Source of the DNA: Leucoraja erinacea
Lineage: Eukaryota
DNA: 64,000 nucleotides
Reading direction: 5' to 3'
Assembly (NCBI RefSeq): GCF_028641065.1
Contig: NC_073393.1
Span: forward strand, 35,216,001 to 35,280,000
Part shown: piece after piece, positions 1 to 11,805 of the stretch
How positions within the stretch are numbered: the stretch's first letter is position 1
Layout: each line of letters starts with the position of its first letter
The notes under the pieces: generated by a model
What the model saw: only the letters and a program-made list of their open reading frames with translations
Databases searched by the model: none
Told to the model about the DNA's origin: nothing
Program-made: the position numbers and the translations under genes

Positions 1-59
1 ATAGAGAGAGAGGGAAAGCAAGGGCTACTTGAAGTTAGAGAAGTTTTGACCATGCCTGA

Positions 60-247
60 GGCTTTGCTTCTGTTTGTGGTGTTTTTGATGTTTCTTTATT
101 TTACATGTCTTTTCCTACTATTTCTTTTGATTGTTATTTTTGGTGTGTATTAACTTTTTTGTCAATGATTAGTGATGCACAGCACTTTGTTGCAGCTATG
201 TTTGTTTTTAAAGTGCTCTATAAATAAAATTATTATTATTATTATTA
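60..247 (+). mobile_element. LINE 3' tail (L2-like) ending in (ATT)n
   Basis: CAGCACTTTG...TTTAAAGTGCTCTATAAATAAAATTATTATTATT. A related tail lies in reverse at about 12329-12480. Confidence 0.5.
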
Positions 248-419
248 AGTTAGATGCTTAGTCCAGTGGCATATTAGTTGAAGATATATTCTATGGTTTC
301 ATGGATACTGCTTGTCAAAACGGGTCAGAAAATAACTTGAAGGACCCTCATCGTTTAATAAGTTTAATATCTCACTTGTTGCTTGCAGGCAAAGATACAT
401 CAGCTGATTGAAGGTTTTC

Positions 420-735
420 TCTCAGGGTAGAAAACGGTCAGACGTGGAATGTATAGCCTCAAGGTGAGAGGGGCAAAGTTTAAAGAAGATGCGCGTGTCA
501 AGTTATTTTACACCGACGAGGGATCGGTGCCTGGAATGAGCTGCCAGGGGTGGTGGAGGCAGATAAGATAATGGTGTTTAAAAGGCTTTTAGAGAAGCAC
601 ATTGATACACAGGGAATGGAAGGATGTGGATCATGTGCTAGCAGAGATTAGTTTAGCTTGGCATCATGTTCGGAACAGACATTGCGGCAGAAGGGCCTGT
701 CCCCATGCTGTACTTTTCTATGTTCCATGTTCAAT
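420..735 (+). mobile_element. CR1 LINE 3' fragment (old)
   Basis: CR1 ORF2 C-terminal sequence (AAGGTGAGAGGGGCAAAGTTTAAA...TGGAATGAGCTGCCAGGGG) and 3' UTR GAAGGGCCTGT...TGTTCTATG. Confidence 0.75.
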
Positions 736-849
736 GTTGTGGAAGTGGCACAAATGAGATGGTTTCCTCATGGAACTGGTTCTGAGCAGAGATGGAAAGA
801 AATGCCCATGTGTCACTACTCTCTTGGCATTAAGGCACAATTGCAATAA

Positions 850-3800
850 TTTTACTTCGGAGTCACGTGAGTGATTCCGTGAAGAACCCGCTCAGCATGC
901 ATGCGCGGCATTACGTTTCAGCAGGCAACAGCGGCAGGCGGAAGTCAGGCGCTCCCGCTACAAGCCTGAAAGAGGAAGCTTTAGGTAAGTACTTACCTTC
1001 AGTTTAACCAGCGACTCGCGTCTGTTTGTTGCTCCAGGTGGAGCAAAGCAGCAGACGCAAGCGGCCCCCGTTGGACTCCGGGCAAGGAGCGTTCCGTTCA
1101 CGGAAGGGGGAGAGACGCCACCAGGACCGCACACGCTGCGGTCCACAGACAGGTTGCTACTCCGGTGCCAGTCCAGACGCAAGCGGCCCCCCCTTGGACT
1201 CCGGGGGAGTCAGGCGCTCCCGTTACGGGGTGAAAGAAACGGACCGTCAGGTAAGCTCTGAGGTCGGGTTTTTCTTTCACAGGAGGAGCCTTCTGCTTTC
1301 AGGCAGAGAAGAAAGGCTCTAGAACAAACCTGTTCCCCAAGCCACGGAAGAGTGGGGGGGCAGCAACAAGGCGGTAGGACCGCTTACCCGGCCTCCGCTA
1401 TTCCCCGACACCGCGTCCGAGCCCAGCCCGCTAGCGCCTGAGCAGCGGGCTGGAAGTAAAGCCATGGAAGAGGCGTCCGGCCGGTGGCTTCCGACTTGTC
1501 GGACGGGGACGTCTCTCCACCCGCCCGGGGGAGAGACAGCCGCCTGAGCTGCTGGAGCGGCTCCTGGAGCAGGAGCTCCAGCGAGACGCGCTTCGTGAGG
1601 GGCGCTCTCGCAGGGGGGAGTTCAGGCACTCCCTCCACAGTGCCTTCTGCACTGTCCATTGCTTCCTCCTTACCCGAGGGTGGCTTTGGTGACCAGGACT
1701 GGGCTGGCTGAAGATCTCGGGAGTATGCAAGGGGTGCAGGAACAGGAAGAGCTGCTAGGTGTGGTGGACCGCTACGTGGCAACCCCACGTGCAGGAGGCC
1801 GTTCAAGGCCCTACAGGAGAGGTGGTCAATGAGGTATACAGCTCCAGAGAACTGTGAGTCCCTTAAAGTGCCGGCTGTAAACAGCCAAAAGTGGGGGCAC
1901 GTTGGGGCAAACATTCGGAACCAGGAGCTAAAACTGCAGCGGTCCTCAGGCTCCTGACGTCCGCCATCACATCGTCTGCTCGTTGCGTGGACCAATATGG
2001 AGATGACCACAACCTTCGTAAACAAATCATAAGACCTGCCATAAAATCCTAAATTTGCGGGGTTGTGCAAAACCCCAGCCACTGAGCCAGACCCACTGCT
2101 CTCTGGCAAAAACCTCACAAAGCATATGAAGGATATGGAGAGGCCTTAACAAGCTTTCGGTCTCATGAGGGCAGGCCCCGGGACGAGCAAAACCAAAAAC
2201 AATAAGCAGCAGCACCCCATCGTGTCCATCAGTCGACGTCTACATATGGGACTGATGAAAGCTCGGGGTCCGCATCTATCACCGAAAGTCTTCTTTAGAC
2301 CAGGGCCCAGAGCGGACCACATGGAAAATGTGCCACCCCCCAACGTCACCGCCACGTCAGACGACGTGCAACACTTGTTGGACCGGCAGGAAACAAGAAT
2401 ACCCATAACCATGGAGGTAGGTGGGTCTGGTTCCTACCAGCGTATAGTGTAATACTAACACACGGGAGTCTATCACGAGTGATCAGTATATACTCAATGG
2501 CATTAGTGGATACAAATACAATTCATACTAGAAAAATTGCCACCAGGTCAACATTCACCCCAGAGGGTATTTTCCCCTCTCCGTTAAAGAAACGAGAGGG
2601 ACAAGGTGAGACTAATTACAAAGGGTATCATGGGAAAACCTGAACCCTTGCAATATATTCACTAAACCCAAACAAGATGGTGGATTTTGGATTACATGTC
2701 ATGGAGTATTGGGAACCATGTAGGCCAATCGGGTACTATCAAAATACCTGAAGCAGAGTCCATTTGTATTGTGCGTAGTCCCCGACTGATGAGGCAGAAG
2801 GAAGGAAATGCATAGAAGAAGGATTTCCCCAATCCAGCGCGAACGCATCTACCGCTGCTGCCTCAGGTCTGGTTCCTAAGCGACATACATAGGTACCTGG
2901 TGATTTAGCCTTGATGCAAATAAATCGATATCTGGCGTGCCATATTGCTTGATAATTTTTTTTTTTTTTTGGGGGGGTTTTAACATCCATTCGATGTTGT
3001 CATTAAATTTACGTGGCCTGGTGTCTGCCACAGTATTTAGCTTACCTGGCAGGTAAGTTGCTGATAGCCAAATATGTCTTTCGACACACCATTGCCAAAT
3101 TGTGTTGACCAACTTGTCGCATGATACCGATTTTATGCCGTCCATATGGTTAATGTAGGCCACCATCGTAGTATTTATCTATTTGTAACCGTACATGCAA
3201 GTGATGCATATTTGTGCATATGCTTTAAACCATTAAAGTCACCCATCTCTAGATAATTAATGCCCAGTGTAAGTGGTAATGATGACTCTGGGTTAGTCCA
3301 TCTATTACCTGTGCTAGATATAGAGTTAGTTGCTCCCCAGCCTTGAGCACTGGCATCTGTTTAGATAACTAACATAGGGTTAGTGATGACAATAGGGCTG
3401 TAAACTAAGCCAAATGTTTTTTGCCCACCACTGTAGTTCTGATATTGCTTCAGTGGGTAACTTCATGACACAATCATAATGACCTGTATGTTGTTTTTGG
3501 TGCAAAGGTCCGAATTATGTAGCCGGAAAATGCTGCTACCATTTTTCCAATTACTCTGTTACTTGTTGAGTAGTTGGTAGTTTGTTGACCATTAAATTGT
3601 TGCATGATTGTGCCAATTCAACTATTTTGTCTCTTGGCAATGTTACAGTCACGTAGACTGAATTAATTGTGAAGCCCAAGTAGTCCATGATTGTGGATGG
3701 CTTAAACTTAGATTTATCTGGATGTAAGACAATCCCAGGGTTTCGAATAACTGTTTTGTAGCTGACACAGCTAACATAGTCAATTCCATGGTCTTGCCTA

Positions 3801-4016
3801 CCATTTAAGACATCGCTTTAAACTGCTATAGCTGCCCCATCCAGGTAAATTTCAGGTATCTGCGATGATCCTTGTGAATGGTACTAAATAGTAAACATCT
3901 TTAAGATCAATGCTTGCCATGAAGTATCCTTTGGAATGTAGTTGTTTGGCAGTAACAACTGTTTCCATTTTGAAATGTATATACTTAACAAACATATTTT
4001 GTTAAGATCCAAAATC
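850..4016 (+). mobile_element. DIRS-type tyrosine-recombinase retrotransposon, 3'-truncated, with internal inversion
   Basis: Starts at TTTTACTTCGGAGTCACGTG. GC-rich gag-like region on + (YTAPENCESLKVPAVNSQ near 1835-1890). RT start on + (NIFTKPKQDGG near 2652-2684). RT continues on - from about 4000 (FVKYIHFKMETV...GYFMASIDLKD). No tyrosine recombinase or 3' end is seen. Confidence 0.88.
2692..4006 (-). pseudogene. Frameshifted DIRS RT/RNase H/Dam-like methyltransferase coding segment
   Basis: ORF 2876-3166: VAYINHM...LSATYLPGKLNTVAD (RNase H) and PDIDLFASRLN. ORF 2739-2990: AVDAFALDWG, followed in another frame by GILIVPDWPT-WFP. These are typical DIRS RNase H and MT motifs. Confidence 0.85.
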
Positions 4017-4683
4017 TTTTGAGAAGAAGCATGGAGAAGAGTTCTAAGAGCAGGCATACAGTTAACATTTTAGGTCAGAGACTGTTTGCCAGAACTCTTT
4101 GACTTTAAACATTAACTCTATTACTCTTTCTATAAAATGCTGCCTGACTTGCTAAGTGTTTCCAGCATTTTCCTATTTTTGTTTCAGATTTCCATCATCT
4201 GCGTGTTTTAGTAGCTCCACTGAGGAGACACAGTTGGATTTTATCAGTTGTCTATAAATACACATTGCAAAAAAAACTAATTATTAAAATGTTAAAAGTG
4301 AATAATATTTATCAACCTGCCGTAAAAGTTTAAATGGCTGATTGTTTTGCATATTTGGTGAAATTCCTATGCTAAATAATGCTTATCCCACTCAATATCA
4401 CGGATTCCTAACTTGTTTGTATACATTTGGGACCTGCATGTGAAATTCAACCCAAACACAGAAGTTGAGTTCTAATTCTTTCCCATTCTGACGAGTTGTT
4501 AAAGATCTTGAGATATGTTGTGTCAATATCCATCATGTTCCCAGTGGATGTAAGTCCACAGGCCAGATACGTTCCCATGTTTGTAACTAATTGCCACTTT
4601 GCAAGATTTGCATCAAGATGAAAAAATAAACCTCCTGCTGATTACAGTTCCCCTCAGAATGCCTCAAAATGTGTAGTTTGGGA

Positions 4684-4898
4684 ACTTTTACGAACTAATT
4701 CACGACCTTTTTTACTCGTAGACATTTTTCATCATGTTGAAAAAACGCCCCAACCTACTTGATGCCACGAGTACCTACGACTAGCATCACGACCTACCTA
4801 CGACCTCCTACTATCTCATGACGACCATGCTGCGCGTATGAGTCAAGGGCAAACTCGGCAGAGGTCGTGAATTAGGTCGTGAAAGTGGGACTGGCCCT
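4684..4898. mobile_element. PIF/Harbinger-type MITE with degraded left end
   Basis: Left ACTTTTACGAACTAATTCACGACCT pairs with right AGGTCGTGAATTAGGTCGTGAAAGTGGGACTGGCCCT, followed by TAA. Internal ACCTACGA repeats. Terminus resembles the MITEs at 40917 and 55506. Confidence 0.7.
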
Positions 4899-5246
4899 TA
4901 ACGTGTATTCCATATTATCTTTTGTCAAAATTATGATAGAATTTCTAGTTTGGGTGCAATTGGGAAGTTGCACTAAAAATGCACTTGAAATCACACTGGA
5001 GATTGATCTTCAAGTCATTAAGTTGATTAGATTGGATATTCACAAAAGTAAAATATTTAACTGGTGCAATCAAGCAGTGTTTGGAATGTAATTGTTTCCT
5101 TTATTTTCTCTTTGTGTAAAAAAATATTCCTTGGTGTTTTTAAGAGTGGCAGCAGGGTGCTGTTAATGGCAACCATTCCAAAGCAAAATCCCACATATGT
5201 TTAAAATCCAAATAACAATGGCAATGGCAACAGTAGGGAGAGAAAG

Positions 5247-5928
5247 AGGAGTCAATGTTTTAGGCGGTCCATCTGAAACGGGAAAAGTTAGAGATAATGC
5301 AAAGTGTGAAGGGTCGAGAGAACAGAAGGAAGGATGAAGGAGGAAGGATGAAGGACAAGAGAGACAGAATAGCCCAAGTGGTGATGGAGCCAAGTGAATG
5401 GACATGTGAGAATAACAAAGTGGTTGTTAAGAGAAGCTGTGGAGTAGGAGAAAATGATGTTCCAACACTTCTAGTTCTACCTATTGTTGTTCAATCTTGA
5501 CCTTATCACTCTCCCTCAGCCAGTTCCATCTTTTGTCATCCAGTCACTGCTGCCTTCAAGAGTCAAGAGCCAAGAGTGTTTTATTGTCGTATATCCCAAA
5601 ACGGAACAATGAAATCTGTCTGTAGAAGGGTCCCAACCTGAAACATCACCCGTCCTTTTTCTCCAGACGTGCTGCCTGACCCACTGAGTTACTTTGTGTC
5701 TCTCTTTGATGTAAACCAGCATCTGCAGTTCTTTGTTTATCGATATATAACCATAGTACTCTGTAAACAAGATAATCATCAACAAAAATAAGTTCTGCAT
5801 GTACATAAATAAAACAATTATAATGTTTCATTCTATCACAGGAGTCAATGTTTTAGGCGGTCCATCTGAAACGGGAAAAGTTAGAGATAATGCAAAGTGT
5901 GAAGGGTCGAGAGAACAGAAGGAAGGAT
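5247..5928 (+). repeat. Identical 89-bp direct repeat (5247-5335 and 5840-5928)
   Basis: AGGAGTCAATGTTTTAGGCGG...AACAGAAGGAAGGAT is present twice with no mismatch seen. Confidence 0.9.
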
Positions 5929-8900
5929 ACCAGCTTTACCAGCTTATTCTTTCTGCACCTCTCACTATCTCTTTACCTTATCTTCATCTTATCTCTAATA
6001 TCCAGGTGTCAGGGGTTATGGGGAGAAGGCAGGGGAATGGGGTTAGGAGGGAGAGATAGATCAGCCATGATTGAATGGCGGAGTATACTTGATGGGCCGA
6101 ATGGCCTAATTCTGCTCCTATCACTTATGACCTTATGATCCCCAAATGCTGTCTGACCCACTAAGCATTTGCTGATTTATTATAATGGAAATGTTTGTAA
6201 GGCAAACCATTAATCAATCTAAATAGGGAAATGCAAACTAGGATCTAATTGTTAACTTTCTTAAATATTAGTGTCCTTTACCAGCTTTTTTTAATGTTTC
6301 CCTTCAGGTGGCTGTAGATTCAATCTTAATCTTGAATCGTAAGATTCTGACCACCTGTAGCGTTTTTCCCCAGCGTTCATAAGATAGTTTCTCTTTCATA
6401 CAACTTTGGTCATAATAACATGATCAATTGACTAATTTGCTCATGGTAGTTTGGGACATTTTATTTCCGTAAAAGCACTCTATAGATGAAAATTGCAAAG
6501 GTGGCAATAAGTAAATAATCCAACAACGTTCTTGGTTTTTTCACTTTTAAAAGTTAATTAATGATAATTTAGCGTGAACTTCCAGAAAGGTAGTTTTCCC
6601 TATTCTAAAAACTCTTTGCTACACATGACAGTTGGCTCAAGTTTTCCAGAAAACACTAAGTACTACCATAGGTGTGGAAAATATTGTTAAATTGTAGTAT
6701 TTCTGTATTTTCAATTTTGAGGCATGTTTGCCACTCATTTGATGGTACACAAGCAGAAATCAGATATTAGTGCAGGGGTAAGGCCGTAATACATACATTT
6801 TTTAAATGTTTATATTTACATTTTCAGAATAATTGCAGTTAGCTGGCATTTCTTTCTGTAGCAAGTCCCTAGAGAATGAAACAATAAGCAAGACATTGGT
6901 GGCTAATGCAAGGAACAGTGGTATGTTTTCCTCATTAATGCTTTCATTGTCATGTGCAACAAAATCTCAGGCAGTATTGACTTTTGTGTGTTTAGTACCA
7001 ATTGGTCTGAACTTCCTTGGCCTTTAGTTGTGTCACCGAGCTTGAGCTCCGTGAATTACTTGTGAGCTGAAACATCTTTTGAAAAGGAGGCTTAAAGCTG
7101 AAAGTGCTTTCTCCCTTTTCTTGCAATTTACCTGTCCATATCAGTCCAGTGAGGATAAGAGTAATCTTGGCCCAAAATCCAGATTTAGCTCAACTTTGGA
7201 GATTTTTCAGAACCAAGCAAAGATCAAGCTTCAGACCCACTATTTTTTTTTAAACTGCATAATTTCAACAGCGACGTGGAAAAGTGAAGCTGAGCTGATT
7301 CCGACTTAGATTGAACTAGAGGATAGAATGACAATTTAACTGACTCAGACCTGGATTTGACTTGATTTTGGTTGGATTTTGGTTCAGGCTCTATGGGAAA
7401 CAATTTGCCCCTCTCCAACAGCAAGTCATCTGTTTTCTTCAGCTGATTTTAGAAATATGTTCTTATAATGACATTTAATTGACTCCAGGAAGAGTAGGGT
7501 CAGTTAGTTCAGCCATCATATTTTTTGAAATCAATACTGATCTGTTTATGCAAAAATGTTCAAACTTGGAAACATTTTTAATGACTGCACCAAAACATTA
7601 GGATTGCTGTCTTCTAAAGGCCATCATCAGACTAGCAACATTGGTTGAAATGCACCATAGGTTTTGCAAAAAAACAATATTTACTTGTCACCAAGTAACA
7701 GAAAATCATGTTCAAAAAGTCGCTCTGGCAAAATTCAGTTATTTCATTATTGCATTATAATTGCAAATCTTTCTTCTCTGAGAATTGAACAAGTTGTTTC
7801 TCACTTGATCCCCAGCTATTTACCATTACTCTTCATGAAAAAAAAATCTCTTTCTCCTGAACATTCCAATATCTGGAGTTTTATTCCTACTGATGACAGG
7901 AACATTTTTCAAACATTTGAACTCTCATGGTCTGTCTACATTGAAGTGAAAGCCAGCTGTACTAGAGGTTTATAACCACATTACTTCTGAGGTCCAAATT
8001 CAATTAAATTGAATCTTGAATCTTGAATCTTGAAGAGGCCAAAGTAAAAAAACTCCAAGAATTAGATTGTGCTCTAATTGCAACTGTTAAAAGGTGAAAT
8101 GTTTGCAGTTGACAGTTAAAGAAAAGTTAGTATGTAATAAAAAAAAGATATTTGTGAAGGAACTGTAGATGCTGAACTCGTGAGGAAAACACAAGGTAGC
8201 GGGAGGGACTTTGTGCGTCATGCAACATCTATTGAGGGAACAGATACTACTTGGACCTATGAATAGGTGACATTTCGGGTCAGAAACCTTCTTCAGACTG
8301 ATTGCAGCAGGAGGAGAAAGCTGGGAAAAAGCTTTTTTTTCAAGTGTTTCTGAACATGGTATGTAAATAAAACAGAACGACAGAATAACAAGAGCTTCGT
8401 CAGCTTATAAAATAGGTGTTCTGCTGCACACTGACAGTATAATTATACTCTGCTTAACTAAATATAATACATTTTCCAATGTACTAATTGTAGCAAAATG
8501 AAAACATTCAGAACCCTGCCGAGATGCAAGTTAGTAGTTGAGTTGCAATTCTGTTTTATATATCTATCATTCTCTCATTGTCATTGGATTAAATGGCACA
8601 TCTCTAAGAAGAGTCTCAATTTTTTCCCCCCTCTTGGTTCAATATTACTTCATTTTAAATCATCTCATGGCCGTTGAGAGAGAGATAGGCCAACTGGGAT
8701 CTCTTGAACCAAATGTACAACTCTCACCTTCAAGTTGCAAGATTCACCTTCAAATGCATTTGGCTCCTCAAATATTATTACGTCAGATATCTTATCTAAC
8801 ATTTGCAAGGCCATCCCCATACCTCATGTTGCATCATCCAACTAATTAACAAGATACATTGTACAAAATTGTAATGGACACCAGAAATGACCTATGCTGA

Positions 8901-9846
8901 ATAAAGACCACTGACTGAAAGAAAATGGTAATAAATAACTGAATCAATACAGTTTGGATTTTAGTCTATATATTTTTTGTTAAACTAATGGAGTTTTTAT
9001 AACATAAACCCAGTTATCCAATTACAATAGATGAAATGGATTCCATGCTCATAGGTCTGTGATTTTTTTTTGGATGTGTATTTGATTTGCTTCAGATTAT
9101 TGAGAGTAAAATCCAGTCACCGGGTACTTTGCACTTTTTGTGTTTAGTGCAATGACTATTGGTACAGTGACTATTATGTACACTGGAGTATGGATTTAAA
9201 TTGATCGGACTTTGAAGTTAAATTATTTTCATGCTAGACACATGTGTTGAGTGCATGAACTCTTGGCTACCTACCATTGCCCTCTTGATCCCATTTTTCT
9301 TGATCACCCTTAGATATATATTTTTTATGAAAATGCTTTGCATCATTAAGCATATGAGATCAAAGCTGGTGCAGGCCTTTGCAAATGTGTCTGCTTGTAA
9401 ATGTTTTAAAGACACCATCAAAATACTATATTTGGCTGATCCAAGCTGCTTTATCATTACATGACTTAAATGGTAATTAAATAAATAATACAGAATGGAA
9501 AGTGGCTTATTTCCAATTTTAGTTTTTAGTTTAGTCTATGTAAGATGAAGGAAGATAATGATCATACGCCTTCAGAAAGTTTGCAAGGTTAAGTTTATCT
9601 TGTGTTAATTACAAAACACATGATCAGAAATGTGAAATTATCAACTGGATATATAAACAGTTTTCTCGTGTGGATTATTGATTACTGTATTTTTGAAATA
9701 CAAATTGGTCTAAATAGACAGCCATTCACGAATAACACATCACCAGGAATGCTTTTTTTCATGGGTGAAGCAAACAGTATCACAATTCATTGTTTTCCAA
9801 CTTTATTTTCTCATCAAGTGAACATTGCACAAATAGGCATTTGGTC

Positions 9847-10065
9847 TGAAGATATACCAAAAAGCTGGAGTAACTCAGCTGGTCAGACAGCACCTCTGGA
9901 GAAAAGGAATAGGTGATGTTTTGGGTTGAGACCCATCGGCCTCGACCCGAAACATCACCTATTCATCCTATTCATCTTCTCCAGAGATGCTGTTTGACTC
10001 ACGGAGTTACTCCAGCTTTTTGTGTCTATCTTCGGTTTAAATCAGCATCTGCAGTTCCTTCCGAT
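9847..10065. mobile_element. Fold-back Penelope-tail-derived element with 10-bp flanking direct repeat
   Basis: About 90-bp inverted arms (AAAAGCTGGAGTAACTC...GAATAGGTGATGTTTTGGGT / ACCCGAAACATCACCTATTC...GAGTTACTCCAGCTTTT). GCATTTGGTC at 9837-9846 and 10066-10075. Confidence 0.7.
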
Positions 10066-10514
10066 GCATTTGGTCGGATTATTTAAAAATTATCTGGTTT
10101 ATTGTGGTCACATTAAAAGTAGACTGCAGTGAAGTTTCATTCCAAGATTGTGTGATTAACTGTTTCCATTAACTACTTTCCTGAATAGCAAAAGCTGGGT
10201 GCAATAGTGGATTAGCGTCAGGTCTATTGGGTTTGTGCCAACCATATGTGGGGCCTCAGCCAGAGGGTAATTTAATGATTTATAAATGACTTTATTATTT
10301 GTGTGGTCCATGAACCTACTTCTTCACACAGTACAGAGTACAGTAGTATATTAGTTATGCTGCTGGGTAAGCAATCATGACAACTTGAGTTGGAATTACA
10401 CAAAAGCAGGTTGATATTTTGAATTCAGTTGAATTAAGTTGGTAAGTGTAGAAGTGATTATGGAGTTGGCAGTTTGTCATTAAACCCAATTATTTAGAAG
10501 AAATAAAGAATCCT

Positions 10515-10660
10515 TACGATACGATACAATAGAACTTTATTTATCCCAGGAGGGAAATTGGGAATATGGTTTGCAACAGTCATGAAACACAACAAGATAC
10601 ATGAAACATTAAATTGAAGAGATGAGAGGAAAGTCCAGGATTGGGAATTTGCAAAGATTG

Positions 10661-10697
<37 letters not shown>

Positions 10698-10916
10698 CTA
10701 CCCCTACCCCAGAAGAAGGAGGAGGAGTTGTACAGTTTGACAGGGAAAAATGACCTCTTATAGCATTCTGGAATGGAAGCTTGTCTGTTGCTGACGATGC
10801 TCCTCAGGTTGACCAGTGTGTCATGGAGGGGGAGAACTGTAATGTCCAAAATACTCCGCAGTTTGAGGAGCACCCTCCCCTCCGAGACCATCTCCAGTCC
10901 ATCCAACTCCAGCCTA
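10515..10916 (-). mobile_element. Rex1/Babar-type LINE 3' fragment
   Basis: LKLRSILDITVLPLHDTLVNLRS...YKRSFFP-KLYN, then AATAAA and a (TATCG)n tail. Homologous to 51165-51550. Confidence 0.75.
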
Positions 10917-11209
10917 GACATACATATGACTCCAGTCCTTTACCCATTTGATTAGGCCTATACTGTCATTTAAAATGGCCTAACCATCTTAAGTGTTTTA
11001 TTAAATAGAATGAAATGGTTCAAGCTGGCAACTTATCACCAGCTTTTCGTGGACGGTGGGAGAAGGACAATAAAATATTTGCCTCTACACACTTACTCCT
11101 AAATTTTATAATTACCTCTCAGATAATGGTCATACATTTTAAATGCTTGATGGCAGGTGATGTGATGAAAGTTCTGGCATCTAAGTGCCCACATTGTTCA
11201 TCTAACTAA

Positions 11210-11575
11210 TCGCACCCCAGCCGCTCCCTCTTCTCCCCTCTCCCATCAGGCAAAAGCTATAGAAGGGTGAGAACGCACACCTCCAGATCAGGGACGGTTT
11301 CTTCCCAGCTGTTATCAGGGCAACTGAATCATCCTACCACAACCAAAGAGCAGTGCTGAACTACTATCTGCCTCTTTGGTGACCCTCGGATTATCCTTGA
11401 TCGGACTTCGCTGGCTTTACCTTGCACTAAACAATATTCCCTCATTCACTGTAAATGGCTCGATTGTAATCATGTATTGCCTTTCTGCTGACTGGTTACC
11501 ACACAACAAAAGCTTTTCACTGTATGTCGGTATACGTGACAATAAACTAAGCTAAACTAAACTAAACTAAACTAT
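11210..11575 (+). mobile_element. Rex1/Babar-type LINE 3' fragment with (AAACT)n tail
   Basis: HP-SLFSPLPSGKSYR...RTSR...FFPAVI-like translation, then AATAAA and AAACT repeats. Confidence 0.7.
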
Positions 11576-11805
11576 AAACTATAATTGGGAAAAGGCAGAA
11601 TATTTTAGACAAGGCACATGAAGACAACATTGAAAATCAGCTCCTCCGAAGCCAGAACTGCAGACAACAAAGGAACTGAAGGGCATGAGGAGGGGAAAGA
11701 AATGGCTGACAAAAAATGTAACAATAAATGTTGTTTTTGTTCAAAGAAAGCCTGAAATTATTGTTTCAATTGTTCGATAGTACTTTATTGTCACATGTAC
11801 CTCCA

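Noticed and set aside
1384-2118. 244-aa minus-strand ORF
   Set aside because: Antisense to the GC-rich DIRS gag region, with no recognisable domain.
7095-7115. miR-17-family seed AAAGTGCTT
   Set aside because: No mature miRNA match beyond the seed and no precursor hairpin.
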